This document shows positions 12,670 through 25,306 of a DNA stretch of 64,000 bases, in pieces. The notes under the pieces were generated by a model. The model was not told where the DNA came from. It made no database searches and saw nothing but the letters and a program-made list of their open reading frames with translations. The stretch covers positions 6,188,598 through 6,252,597 of the forward strand of contig NC_057751.1 in assembly GCF_004010195.1 (NCBI RefSeq). The letters are read 5' to 3'. This DNA comes from Chiloscyllium plagiosum (Eukaryota). The first letter of the stretch is position 1; the number at the start of each line of letters is the position of its first letter. The translations under genes and the position numbers were made by a program.

Positions 12670-12805
12670 AGCATAAGCCCTTCTTCAGGCTTATGCCCGA
12701 AACATCGATTCTCCTGCTCCTTGGCTGCTGCCTGACCTGCTGCGCTTTTCCAGCAACACATTTTTCAGCTCTGATCTCCAGCATCTGCAGTCCTCACTTT
12801 CTCCT
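12670..12805 (+). mobile_element. Short PLE fragment with a small inverted 5' piece
   Basis: GCATAAGCCCTTCTTCAGG followed by CTTATGCCCGAAAC...CACTTTCTCCT. Confidence 0.8.
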
Positions 12806-14173
12806 TTGTCATATTTTCCATAACTTTGTATGTTTGTAAAGTCAAAAAAAGTTTTGTTTTGCTAATAAATATATTTACAAAAAAAGGAAGGGAAGAATCA
12901 GGGAGGGACCAGGTGAAGATGAGAGAAGATGCATTAATCTTGATTGCAGTCAGTGAGACTTTGCTTTGTGAAGCGATTGCCGTATTTGATGATAATCACT
13001 GTTTTATAGAAAAAGTATATTGCACGCAAAGTGTTTTGGATATTTTGAGTGACATGAAGTGTTGTTGTAAGTTTTTGATTCTTTTAAACAGAAAACGGAA
13101 TGAGAAATACAACTGAAGTAAAGGAAGAACGGGGTAAAATACACATGACGCAAAAACATGTTACTAATTTGAACTTTTCATCTTGTGGAACTGGATTCAA
13201 TACTTCAGTGTAGGTGACACATCAGAACTGCGGGAATTGCTGACAGCTAATCAATACCAACACACATAGCTACACTTTTGCAAGATTTAGCTTACATTTA
13301 TTTTCGTAGTCATCAATCTCTGGCAACAATGATTTAATTCATTGGTTTAGTTGCAGACATGAAGTCTAGCATTTTAAAAAAATCCCATTGATCCATTGAT
13401 GTTTCAATGTGTGCGTGGTAGTTACCCTTTGTTCCAGAATGGACAGGAGGTGGCAGTTTTCAGGAATGTAGTTTCTCAGCCTAGGGAGAGAGCTTACAAG
13501 GAAAGAATCTAGCTGAAAATGAGCAGCATGTACATCATATAACATTGGGAAGTTGGCCAGAATTGATACCTGTGACCTGGAGCCAGAAGTGGGAAAGGCT
13601 TAGCGAGCCTACATTGACTTGTTTTTTAAACCAATTTTCATCTAACACCTTCCACCCTCCCCAATCTTCCCATCCTGATCCAGACTGCCCCAACAACCCA
13701 AGCTTTAAACACAAAATACTGCAGTTGCTAGAAATCTGAAACATATACAGAAAATGCTGGAGAAACTCAGCAGGTCTGACAGCATCTGTGGAGAGGGAAG
13801 CACCAGAACCTCACAATTACCTTCATGCAAAACCTTCCATGACTTCCCCACCCTATGCCTGATCAGGTCAACTCCCTGCCCCATTTTGTTCCAAAGTGTA
13901 GCCTCAAATTCTCCTTTGAGTATTTTCATTTTCACCTCAACATATTGAGCCACTTTCCACAGCTCTATCAACTCTATAATGTTGCAGTAGCACTGGTGCC
14001 TGTCTTCACGTTTACTTGATGACCTCCTTCTGCAGTCATCATTCGAACAATCACAAACCATTCATCACCTCCAAACCTGACATTTCCAACTTGTTGTTGG
14101 GACTAAAGTGATATATCAGAATCATCACCTGACATTTTTCCAGCAGCCATCTTTGAAGGCTTGCCTTTCTTCT

Positions 14174-15577
14174 TGGAGAAAGTGAAGACTGCAGATGCTG
14201 GAGATCAGAGCTGAAAAATGTGTTGCTGGAAAAGCGCAGCAGGTCAGGCAGCATCCAAGGAGCAGGAGAATCGACGCTTCGGGCATAAGCCCTTCTTCAG
14301 GAATGAGGAAGGTGTGCCAAGCAGGCTAAGATAAAAGGTAGGGAGGAGGGCCTTAGGGGAGGGGCGTNNNNNNNNNNNNNNNNNNNNNNNNNNNNNNNNN
14401 NNNNNNNNNNNNNNNNNNNNNNNNNNNNNNNNNNNNNNNNNNNNNNNNNNNNNNNNNNNNNNNNNNNNNNNNNNNNNNNNNNNNNNNNNNNNNNNNNNNN
14501 NNNNNNNNNNNNNNNNNNNNNNNNNNNNNNNNNNNNNNNNNNNNNNNNNNNNNNNNNNNNNNNNNNNNNNNNNNNNNNNNNNNNNNNNNNNNNNNNNNNN
14601 NNNNNNNNNNNNNNNNNNNNNNNNNNNNNNNNNNNNNNNNNNNNNNNNNNNNNNNNNNNNNNNNNNNNNNNNNNNNNNNNNNNNNNNNNNNNNNNNNNNN
14701 NNNNNNNNNNNNNNNNNNNNNNNNNNNNNNNNNNNNNNNNNNNNNNNNNNNNNNNNNNNNNNNNNNNNNNNNNNNNNNNNNNNNNNNNNNNNNNNNNNNN
14801 NNNNNNNNNNNNNNNNNNNNNNNNNNNNNNNNNNNNNNNNNNNNNNNNNNNNNNNNNNNNNNNNNNNNNNNNNNNNNNNNNNNNNNNNNNNNNNNNNNNN
14901 NNNNNNNNNNNNNNNNNNNNNNNNNNNNNNNNNNNNNNNNNNNNNNNNNNNNNNNNNNNNNNNNNNNNNNNNNNNNNNNNNNNNNNNNNNNNNNNNNNNN
15001 NNNNNNNNNNNNNNNNNNNNNNNNNNNNNNNNNNNNNNNNNNNNNNNNNNNNNNNNNNNNNNNNNNNNNNNNNNNNNNNNNNNNNNNNNNNNNNNNNNNN
15101 NNNNNNNNNNNNNNNNNNNNNNNNNNNNNNNNNNNNNNNNNNNNNNNNNNNNNNNNNNNNNNNNNNNNNNNNNNNNNNNNNNNNNNNNNNNNNNNNNNNN
15201 NNNNNNNNNNNNNNNNNNNNNNNNNNNNNNNNNNNNNNNNNNNNNNNNNNNNNNNNNNNNNNNNNNNNNNNNCGAGGTAGCGCTGATACAGTCATCGATG
15301 TAGCGGAGGAAAAGGTGGGGGTGGTGCCAGTGTAGCTGCGGAAGATGGACTGTTCCACATATCCGACGAAGAGGCAAGCATAGCTGGGACCCATGCGGGT
15401 GCCCATGGCTACTCCTTTGGTTTGGAGGAAGTGGGAGGATTGGAAAGAGAAGTTGTTCAAAGTGAGGATCAGTTCAGTCAGTCGAAGGAGGGTGTCAGTG
15501 GAAGGGTATTGGTTGGGTTGGCAGGAAAGGAAGAAGCGGAGGGCTTTGAGGCCTTCGTGATGGGGGATGGAGGTGTC
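14174..15577 (-). mobile_element. Penelope-like element spanning the gap; RT motifs present
   Basis: TSIPHHEGL...LNNFSF...QTKGVAMGTRMGPSYACLF...FLRYIDD on the minus strand; PLE terminus at 14174-14367. Confidence 0.9.
14368..15272. other. Assembly gap (905 N)
   Basis: Run of N. Confidence 1.
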
Positions 15578-15809
15578 CCTATACATTACCTTTCAGCCTT
15601 ACCTATCTCGAGAGATGCAGGCTGGTCACTCTGTTGTATAAAGTTTGGTTTGTAAGATTCTTAACACTGCGTGGTATATTAAGCATGATCAGTATGATGA
15701 TGCCACATGGAATCAGGTGGGGGCAACAACTTTGAATTTCAAAGCTTCAAGACTGAACATGGAGGTTTCCCTTGCTATCTTAGTCATAATGTCTGTCATG
15801 TCAATGTAA

Positions 15810-15980
15810 AATTAAAAATCACACAACACCAGGTTATCGTCCAATAGGTTATTCCACAACCACCTGGTGAAGGAGCAGCACTCCGAAAGCGAGTGCTTCC
15901 AAATAAACCTGTTGGACTATAAACTGGTGTTGTGTGATTTTTAACTTTGTACACCCCAGTCCAATACTGGCACCTTCAAA
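15810..15980. mobile_element. Short palindromic PLE-type element, second family, degenerate hammerhead
   Basis: Arms AAAATCACACAACACCAG / CTGGTGTTGTGTGATTTT; core CTGGTGA-A-GGAG...CTCC-GAAAGCGA; 14-bp TSD TCATGTCAAT(G/T)TAA at 15796-15809 and 15981-15994. Confidence 0.75.
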
Positions 15981-16724
15981 TCATGTCAATTTAATTGTAT
16001 CTCATTGCTATCATACAATAAGTCTTCAATTACCAGTCGGTTTTCCTCTTCAACTTCCAACCAATGAGGCTCTGAAGATTCCTACCAGGAAAAAGGATGG
16101 TGGCAGCAGATCTACAGTTTAGATCTTCTTCTGTCATGTGCCTTGATGAGGATTCACCTCAGAACACAACCTGCAGGAAGTTTGTGGTGCCACAGAGCTG
16201 GTAATCCAGAATCTTAAGCCAATATTCTTGGGGCATGGGTTTATATCCCATCATGGCAGGCAGCAAAATTGTAATTCAGTAAAAATCTGGAATTAAACAC
16301 TCGCCTAAAGGTAGCCATTTAACCACTGGCAATTGTTGTTAAAATCAATTTGGTTCACCAATGTCCTTCAGGAATTGAAATTTGCTATCTTAATCTGGCA
16401 TGGCCAAGAGGTGACTGCAGATCCACAGCAATGTTGATCACTCTGAATTGCACTCTGTGCAATTTGGGAGGGGGATAAATACCAGCTTAGCCAGCAATGT
16501 GTATGAATGAAAAAGTATTCCTGTCATTGTTGACTGGTCTGGAATGTACAAAAGACACAGTGAAATAGTGATGCTTTTATGTTGCAAGTGCTAATGAAGA
16601 CTTGTGCTGCTGCCAAATATTTCGTGTTTCATAAGACTAATGTTGTGAAATGTTTGTCACTGGCTCTTCCAAACCATGGAGACAGCTTCAAGGCCCTTGT
16701 GGCAGCATGTAAAAATTAAGCCTC

Positions 16725-17030
16725 GATTTTATGTTGTGCCTTACATCATCTCAGGACAATCCAAAGAACTTTACAGCAAATAGAATACTTGTCATTTGTG
16801 GTCATTATTATAATGCAGGAAAGGCAGCAGCCAATTTACACAGTAAACTCCCACACGCAGTATTGTGATAACGGCCAGATAATCTGTTTTATTCATACTG
16901 CTTATGTGATAAACATTGGGCAAGACACAGGGTTAACTCACCAGCTGCTATTTGCAAGGGTTTGATATTTCTTTTATGTCCGCTGGAGGTGAGATGTTGG
17001 TTTAGCATTTACCTTAAGGACAGAACCTCT
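16725..17030 (-). mobile_element. Deu-domain SINE fragment (SacSINE1/AmnSINE1-like)
   Basis: Reverse complement resembles the Deu domain and L2-type tail seen at 29330-29769. Confidence 0.6.
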
Positions 17031-18695
17031 GAACATTTACTTTTATCAAGTAAGCATCGTTGGCTAGCTGGCCAGGATTTAATGTCGTTCCCCACTTGCC
17101 CTTGAAAAGGTAGTGCTGAGCTACCTCTTAAACAACGGTGATTACATGTGCTGTAGATGCTCACACAATGCCCTTAGAGAGGGAATTAGTCCTCTCTCTT
17201 GAACATAATAAATGATTGACCCTTTATAGCCCTCTCAGGTGAGGGTTACAAAGGTTTACTCGCCTCTGAGTGAAGAAATCCTTCCTCGTCTCAGTCCAGA
17301 ATAGCTTATCTTTCATTTGACACTGTATCCCCAGTTTTAGATTACTCTACACAGAGGAAACACCTTTTCTGCCTTCACCTTGTCCAGCCCTTTTTGAATT
17401 TTGTAGGTTTCCATGAGGTCACAACACATCCCTAATTTTGTTCATTAACATATTGACTGGGACCTCATCAAAAGCCATTTGAAACGTAAATGCAGCACAT
17501 CCACTGATTCCTGTTTTGACTTTGTTGGTAATACCCTGGAAAAAAAAACTCTAATAGGTAAAGCCCTCTGTTGGGCAAATTGAAATAATGCTTCAAATTA
17601 AATGAACCTACCGTTTGAACTTTCAAAAGCAAATGAAATGTTACACCCGCCATCATGACTTTCATTCCTTATTGGAAAGACTAAAGTATACCCAGAGGGG
17701 TTTATTCATAATTAGTTCCCACTGTACTGAAGTCAGAAACCCCTGTGGTTTGATGTAGCCGTCAGTTTGCTATTACTGAGTATTTGATGCAAGGCAGCCT
17801 GGATGTAATTGACAGGCTGAAGAGATCAATGAGCAGCTACCAGCTGGGCAGAATGAACACAGACTATATGCACACAGTACACACTCACCAGCACTAACAA
17901 TTGAGGAGAGGGACCACATGGTTGGCTACAGCATTTTAGATCAGTTTGTACACATCTGGAGGAGCAAAAGTTTTGCATACATGAATAAAGCATTCTTTAT
18001 GATGGGTTCATTACCTTTGAGACAATATTTCCATGCAAATTAGATGAAAAGATTCATTCAACTGCAAGTTGATTGAAAAGGCAAACACCATTGTAGCTCT
18101 CGTTGTTCGTGTTGAAAGGAAAAGTGCATTAACTTGAATAATTGCACAATATTAAATGCTATACAGTGAAACTGATGGAAATTGCCATTTAAGCAGAGCT
18201 TAATGATGGTGCATTAGGGAAGTTTGATCTAAACTGTTCCTTTTTCTCTTGTCAAGTGTCCCATTCCTCTTTGCTCTCAGCACCATCATTGTTCTTTTTT
18301 CCTGCCTCTCCTGATTATGCTGATGACCCCTTTCTGGCATAATCTCTACAGCCACTGCCATCTAGAAGGAATTGATACCTGCAACCTACAGTAAAGCCAA
18401 CATCCATTTTAAATAAAATCAGATTGGCAGCACTTAGCTTGTTGTCTGGGGATTTGTTTGGTAATTATACTTGAACTTATTGATTATAATGTGACTGCAC
18501 AGATTGCAACACACCTGGGTGGTATATATGTGTATCAACAGAGAAGAGAAACATGGGTTCTGTCATGCATCTACATTGAACTAAATTGTCTTTAAAAATC
18601 CAACTGGTTTCTGATTCTTGTGGAACCTTGCTTGCCATAACACTGTAAGTCTAATTGGAATCATTTTTAAACCTCTCCAGGGTCTCAGTTTAATG

Positions 18696-19274
18696 TATGA
18701 TAATGCTGTCACTTTAACAAGGTTATTTTGTCCTTGGTTTCTTTCAAGAGAGCTCATAAAGGCAGAGATGCTGAAATGTCTGGGCCAGAGTCAAGTTTAA
18801 AAATGGCATGGGAGTGGCTAGTTCTCCCAGTTCAACTTTTCCCTAGTTTTGTTTAGCTGTAACAGTCAGGTTCTGTTTGTAGTGGAGAAAGGTTCTGCAG
18901 ATGATCCCCGACTGGCTTTCTCCCTGAAATCTCTTTGGAAGTTGTTCCCTCCTGCCTGTAAGAACCCATGTTTGAATTTGCCTTTTGCCAAGGAGTGTGT
19001 TTATGAAATGTTGCAGGAATTGGAACAGCTGCTTAGTTAAGTTGCTGTACAGGTTGAGTTTTCAAATAGTTAAATTATTCTAAATTCTGTTTTATTTTGT
19101 CCGTGTTTCAATTGTTGTGTGTAAATAAATTCTGTTTTGCTGAAAGCCGAGTGGTTTGACCCATTGCATCACACCTGGAATACTCACTTCACATTTTGCT
19201 TTAGAATAAGAAAAAGGTAGGGTGTAGGCTACCTTCTTAAAATATTTTGAGGGGGTCTGGCCTGGTCCATAATA
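18696..19274 (+). mobile_element. Solo LTR (family of the Gmr1-like element)
   Basis: Homologous to 58817-59175; 4-bp TSD AATG at 18692-18695 and 19275-19278. Confidence 0.85.
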
Positions 19275-19376
19275 AATGTCAGGTATAAAGTATCTTTCAT
19301 CAATGAGGCACCATTTTGGGAAGATGGCAAAGGTACAATACACAATTTTTGAATGACCAGTTCAATGACAGAAATT

Positions 19377-20003
19377 GAGTCATAGAGTCATGGAATCTTA
19401 GAGGTGTACAGCATAGAAGCAGACCAACTCGTCCATGCTGATCAAATATCCTAAATTAATCTTGTCCCATTTGCCAGCCTTTGGCCCATATCCCTTGAAA
19501 CCATTCCTATTCATGTACCCATCCAGATGCCTTTTAAATGTTGTAATTTTACCAGCCTCCACTACTTCCTCACGCACCACCCTCTGTGTGGAAAAGTTGC
19601 CCCTTAGGTCCCTTCTAAATCTTTCCCCTCTCACTCTGAACCTGTGCCCTCTACTTATGGCTCTCCCACCCCTTGCCTATTTACCATATCCATGCCCCTC
19701 ATGATTTTATAAACCTCTGTAAAGTGACCCCTTGGCCTCTGATGCTCCAGGGAAAGCAGCCCCAGTTGATTCTGCCTTTCTCTATTGCTCAAACCCTCCA
19801 ATCCTAGCAACATCCTTGCAAATCTTTCTTGAACCCTTTCAAGTTTCACAACATCCTTCCTCCAGGAGGGAGATCAGAATTGCACACAATATTCCAAAAG
19901 TGGCCTAACCAATGTCCTGTATAGCCACAACATGACATCCCAAGACCTATATTCAGTGCTCTGACCAATAAAGGAAAGCATACTAAACATCTTCTTCACC
20001 ATC
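19377..20003 (-). mobile_element. CR1 LINE 3' fragment
   Basis: RGERFRRDLRGNF...FKRHLDGYM; tail repeats at 19377-19400. Confidence 0.92.
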
Positions 20004-20214
20004 AATTTTAGGTTATGAGAGATGCTCACAAAGAAGCAAGAGGCAAGGTTACCAAATGGTCTTTGAATACTGTGTTTTATATAATACTTTTAACTGTAAA
20101 CATCCAAAGCTATCAATGAAGACTATTCACATATAAAACAACTTAATGCCAGTTAGCCCACAAGAGTTTAATGAAATTTTAATTCAAGAGATAGGTTGCC
20201 AGTCCCCATCCAGA

Positions 20215-20320
20215 TGCCAGTCCCAATTCCTGATGAAGGGCATATGCCCGATATGCCGATTCTCCTGCTCCTTGGATGCTGCCTGACCTGCTGTGCTTTT
20301 CCAGCACCACACTCTCAACT
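20215..20320 (+). mobile_element. Short PLE fragment with degenerate hammerhead
   Basis: CTGATGA-A-GGGCATATGCCC-GATA; exact 16-bp TSD CCAGTCCCCATCCAGA at 20199-20214 and 20321-20336. Confidence 0.85.
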
Positions 20321-21724
20321 CCAGTCCCCATCCAGACCAATGAATGAGCCCAACTGCAGGTACACAGGATTTAGAGGCAAGATCTGGTCAATTGGCCCTT
20401 CAAGCCTGCTCTTCCATTCAATGGCATTGTAAATGATTGTGGTTTGAATTTAACGAGGAATATAAGATCATGATAAGGGAAAGAATAGGGCTCTTTTTTC
20501 CTGTTTCCAGTCTGGGGAACTGAACATACATTTAGCACCATAATGTCAACCCTGGCTGAAATCAGCTAAACCAGCCTGGAGCACGGATGAGGCCTGTCGT
20601 ATTTCTGCTGGACGTTGATCAGATTGGTTAGTGTTCCTGAGTTATTGAGTGGGTTATATATTGTGATAGTGACTGCATTACATTATTAGTTCATTCCTGG
20701 CAATACTGCTATGTGTTACAACCATTCTAGAAGCTCTTGCAGTGCACTGGGTAGTGTCCCTGTCTCTGAACCAAAAGCTTCAGGTTCCAGTCCCACCCCA
20801 GAGTTTGATGGCAAAGCAAGATGCTTTCATTGCACAACTAAACAGCTTGAATATCAATCTGCAAATTCTTCTAATATGCACAAGTGGCAGATGGGGAGAG
20901 AGGGAGCATCTGCCATCACTGTCCATAGCTTCACATATCACAACAATGTTGGGTGGGGGACACATGTTTGTTTGGACTACCAGTGTGAATTACATTGATG
21001 CCAACAACATGTAGTTCTCTTCCCATTTTGTATAATCTGGATTAGGAACTGCATTGTTGCCCTCCCGTTTGTGGAAATCACAGTGTTATGTGTCAAACAA
21101 GTCTTCAGGCAGACAGCCAAAGAGGTTGAAAAATAATCACCATCACATGCCGCAGTTGCTCCTTGTGGTGAAATACTGTGAATTTGCTTGCCCCAAGGCT
21201 TGAGACAACACAGCAAGGGTGCCAAAACTGTGTATCATAATATAGGGAGCTGTTGACACCTTCACTCTTTCCACAGAAATCTGAACAGACTATTCACCTA
21301 TGGTAAAGCTTGCCTTCAGCATCACACTGGTTAATTTCAGTGTGTTGTACAATGAACGGACGCTCCATTCCACCAAACCAAATCCATGGGCAACCAAAGT
21401 GAAAAATAACATTAACCCCACACTTGCAAATTGAGTGTTGCCTCATGTGAATTTCTGTTCAAACCATAATTTTATTTCATCACATGATCAGCTTGGAATT
21501 GTGCCAGTACTTTGCTCGTATTTGTTTTTGAATCACACTAATTTTGTTACATTCTTGTCTTGTGGGATGTTCCTGGTCCTAAATAGTTGCTGTATATGCT
21601 TATAGAACAACAGTGCTCTCCAAAGTAATTATTTTAACATGCAACTCTGTTATAAAACATTCTGTAAATGTAAGTCTTCTTCTTCACATTATCTGGGGCT
21701 TTGGCAAAGGAAAGCTTTCAGCCT

Positions 21725-21727
21725 GAC

Positions 21728-21758
<31 letters not shown>
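21725..21758 (+). repeat. (GA)n(CAGA)n microsatellite
   Basis: Direct reading. Confidence 0.9.
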
Positions 21759-24308
21759 AAAGAAGAGAAATCTACTGTGTGAGGATTAGGGAGAATGAAG
21801 CTTTTAAACTCACTGAGAAATATTGAATTCATAATGGAATAAATTATGTAGCATCTTTGAACTAACATTGACTCTGATGTTAACTGAGCTGAAGCATACA
21901 TGTGTCATCTGACAACACAGCAGGAACTTCAAGGTCAGTCATGATTCAGGTCTAGCATAATGCTGCATCCCTGTTGCATTGAGCCAACTGAAGGATTAGG
22001 AGAGTCAGTGCACTTAAATTCACCACGCAAAGTTGTGTTGACTTCTCAGATTCTTTGACTTGATTTGTGACATATGGGAAACGTTACTTTGATTACGTGA
22101 CCATATAGTATTACTATGTGAACACTTTGAACTTGTTTTATCATATTCTTTTATCCACCACAGAGGACATAAAGTATTCAGGAAGTATTAACAATATAGA
22201 AGCAGATTATTTTGAACAAAGATACATTCTGGTGTTTTTATCCTTCTTCACCTGACCCCATCAACATCAACTTGTATTCCGTTCTCCCTCATGTGTTTCA
22301 ATGCTGCCTACCTTACTTATTGCTTGTCATAACAAGTACCAGCTCGAAGGTGAAGCAGAGAAATGGAACAGAGCAAGTGAAGATGTTCAGTAATTCAGTA
22401 GCCAAGGAAATCAAAGATGATAGCACAAATCAATAGCAAATCATTCAGCAAGTAAATATCTGACCGTGTACAAGGTATGAAATTCATTATTGTCAGAAGT
22501 ACAAGACAAAATACATTTAATTCTGATTGACAATTAAAGGACAAAATATGAAGGGTGCATAGAAATATGAGAGATGGAAATAGAATTGAAGCTTTGAGAA
22601 TGCATTTTGATAGAAGAACAGACAGGTCAGAGGTAACTTGCAAATTTATAGCAAAAAACAGTGAAACCTAAACAAAAATGAATCAATGGAATGAGCAATT
22701 TCAACACGCCTTGAAACAGGAGGTGATCAACTCTGTTACATTTGGGGAACTAAAAGAAAGATCACCACAAGGCTATATCAGTTTGAGCCTTCATTTGCAG
22801 CAAGGAATCATATGCACAGCAAGCATGGGTTCATGAGTCAGGGCTGAGGTGCTTTACCCTATCTTGGGTTATGTTTCTTTGAGTGTGGCTTTCCAACTAG
22901 GAGAGAGGAATTATTGTATGAAAGACATTCTGTTGCTGTAACTCTCCAGGAAATGTGTAACAAAGTACTAATGGATGTGAAAATGGAGTGTTCCTCCAGA
23001 CGGTGAACTTAGTGGTTTAGATGAAAACTTTGCTTTGAAAGATCTGGTGGAGAGCATTCAACCAAGCAATATGTTGACTTACTGATTCAATGTAAAAACA
23101 TTTTCATTCAGTTGTAAAAATGGGAAGTCATCTTAATATTGCTCCAGTTAATCATTATACTCAGTTCTGATCGCAGGAAACATCTCTCTAGGAAAGTCAC
23201 ATCGCTGACCTCTACTAGCAGACAGCAAAGTTACAAATAAAAAAGGCAATCAAGGGAAACATTGCAGGGGTACTTTTTGAGTAAGCCAAGTGGAAAAAGC
23301 AAACCCAGAGCAAATTTCAGCTGTGACTATGAGGCCAGAAGACAGCCTGTTGTGTAAATTAAATCAACAGTGACTCCATGAAGTTCTTCATTTTGAGTGT
23401 GTGGATGCAAAAATTGGACTTGGAAACAAATAAGAAGAGATGACAACTTTGAAGTAATGGAGCAAAAAAGTCTCTGACTGGAACCATCGAATTTCAACAG
23501 TCATGCTTGAATGTTACTGGTGATGTTTGAGGATTATTGAGAGACAGATGGCCATTCAGGGTTAAACCTCATCTCCATCTTCATTTTCAGTTTAAAGTAC
23601 TTTCTTCAAGACACTTTATTAGGTATTCTTTTTGCAGCTACTTACCAAATGTGGTTTCGTTGTATAATTAAGTAGGCCTTGCTGGCGCTCTTGTAATGAG
23701 AGCTGAGTTGACATGTTTAAACATGGCCAGAAGCACATTCATTGGGGTGGTTCTAATGCCAAAGACCTGGATCAGATGGGAAGGAAACATGATTATATTT
23801 TTAATCCTGCCCCAGCCCGAGCCCATTCCACCCATTTCCAGTTCTAACCAAGTTCGACCAGGCCTCATATCTATTAGTAGGAAGAAGATCAGGATTCAAA
23901 ATGTTCCAAGAAGGGCTGTGTGCAAACAATTCCTCTCCTCGTAATGATCCCTAACTTTCACCCCAACGATTGTTGCTCCCTATCCTAATCTTGGACTTCT
24001 ACCAAACCATGTCTTCAATCCTTTATTTTGTCAGTCCACCAGACAACTTTTGACCCTAACTCTTGGAAGCATCAAAATCTTTACCCTCCCCACCATCTGC
24101 CAACCCATCTCTAATACAATCCCCACCATGCTGGAAATTTTTTCTCCTACTCCTTTTCTAAGACTATCCAGCCTGATGTTGGGTGGAAAACCCATTAGAA
24201 ACATTGCAAATCCTGGAAATGTTTACTTCTCATTTTCATCTTGAGAAATACTTCATCCACCTTTGGCATCAGCAGGCTTTTTGGCTCTGAAAATACTAGC
24301 GTCAGTGA

Positions 24309-25107
24309 TGTGCATTAAAATGGAATGTTTGCATGGTGATTGGAAGGAGGTCAGCCTAGTTGACCACCCAGTACATGAGTTCCCTGATTGGAGCTGTTAA
24401 ACTGGTCCAAACAGGGAGTCTTAGCTGACGGTGTCAGGGGTTCTGCTCAATCCAAGGCCTGGCTCTGAGCTAGCTGGGTCAGTGTCCATAAGACCATAAG
24501 AGATAGGAACAGAAATTAGGCCATTTGGCCCATCGAGTCTGGTCCGTCATTCAATCATGGCTGATAGGTTTCTCAACTCCATTTTCCCACTTTCTCCCAG
24601 TAACCTTTGATCCCCTTGGCAATCAAGAACTTATTTATCTCAATTTTAAATATACTCAATGACCTGGCCTCCACGGTTTTCTGTGACAATGAATTCCATA
24701 GATTCACGACTGTCTGGCTAAAGAAGTTTCTCCTTATCTCTGTTATAAAGGGTCTTCCCTTTACTCTAAGGCTATGCCCTCAGGTCCTTATCTCTTCCTT
24801 CAATGGAAACATTTGCCTGATGTCCACTCTGTCCTGAGCGTTCAATATTCTGCATGTTTCAATCAGATCCCCCTCGTGCTTCTAAACTCCATTGAGTACA
24901 GTCCCAGAGTTCTCAAATGTTCCTTAAATGTTAAGCATTTCATTCCTGGGATCATTCTCGTGAACCTCCTCTGGACCCGCTCCAGAGCCAATATATCCTT
25001 CCTGAGGTATGTACAACGCACTATGTCATGTACTATGTCATGTACAATGCATGTGTAAGCGAAGGGTGACTTAGTGATGGGATATCGGCCTTCATGGTGT
25101 TACTTTA
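24309..25107 (+). mobile_element. Probable solo LTR of a different family, split by a CR1 insertion
   Basis: CCAAT-type boxes in CCCTGATTGG...CCAAACAGGG and an LTR-like 3' end; TSD not clearly recovered. Confidence 0.5.
24487..25010 (-). mobile_element. CR1 LINE 3' fragment
   Basis: CATAAGACCATAAG tail and CR1 C-terminal coding on the reverse strand. Confidence 0.88.
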
Positions 25108-25124
25108 GATTGGTGTGATGTAGT

Positions 25125-25306
25125 GTGGTGCTGGAAAAGCACAGCCGGTCAGGCAGCATCTGAGGAGCAGGAGAGTCAACATTTCGAGCATAAGCTCTTC
25201 ATCAGGAATATTGCCTGATGCTCGGATGCTGTCTGGCCGGCTGTGCTTTTCCAGCACCACATTTTTTTTACTCTAATCTCCAGCATCTTCAGTCCTCACT
25301 TTCTCC
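25125..25306. mobile_element. Palindromic short PLE insert
   Basis: Inverted arms GTGGTGCTGGAAAAGCACAGCCGG / CCGGCTGTGCTTTTCCAGCACCAC; exact 15-bp TSD TTGGTGTGATGTAGT at 25110-25124 and 25307-25321. Confidence 0.88.

Larger units (their letters stand above)
9440..12885 (+). mobile_element. L1-clade LINE ORF2 (end of endonuclease, RT, CCHC), 5'-truncated and disrupted
   Basis: [62 protein letters not shown]...HCFWTC; AATAAA and A-tail at 12863-12885. Confidence 0.92.

Noticed and set aside
11854..12735. 293-aa ORF as a host gene
   Set aside because: L1 ORF2 C-terminus running into a PLE insert
13080..13140. Possible exon after TTTTAAACAG
   Set aside because: Weak donor and no recognisable peptide
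14244..15586. 377-aa and 429-aa ORFs
   Set aside because: Length comes from translating the N gap; the real residues are PLE RT
21152..21172. CTCF-like motif GTTGCTCCTTGTGGTG
   Set aside because: Core spacing is one base short of consensus
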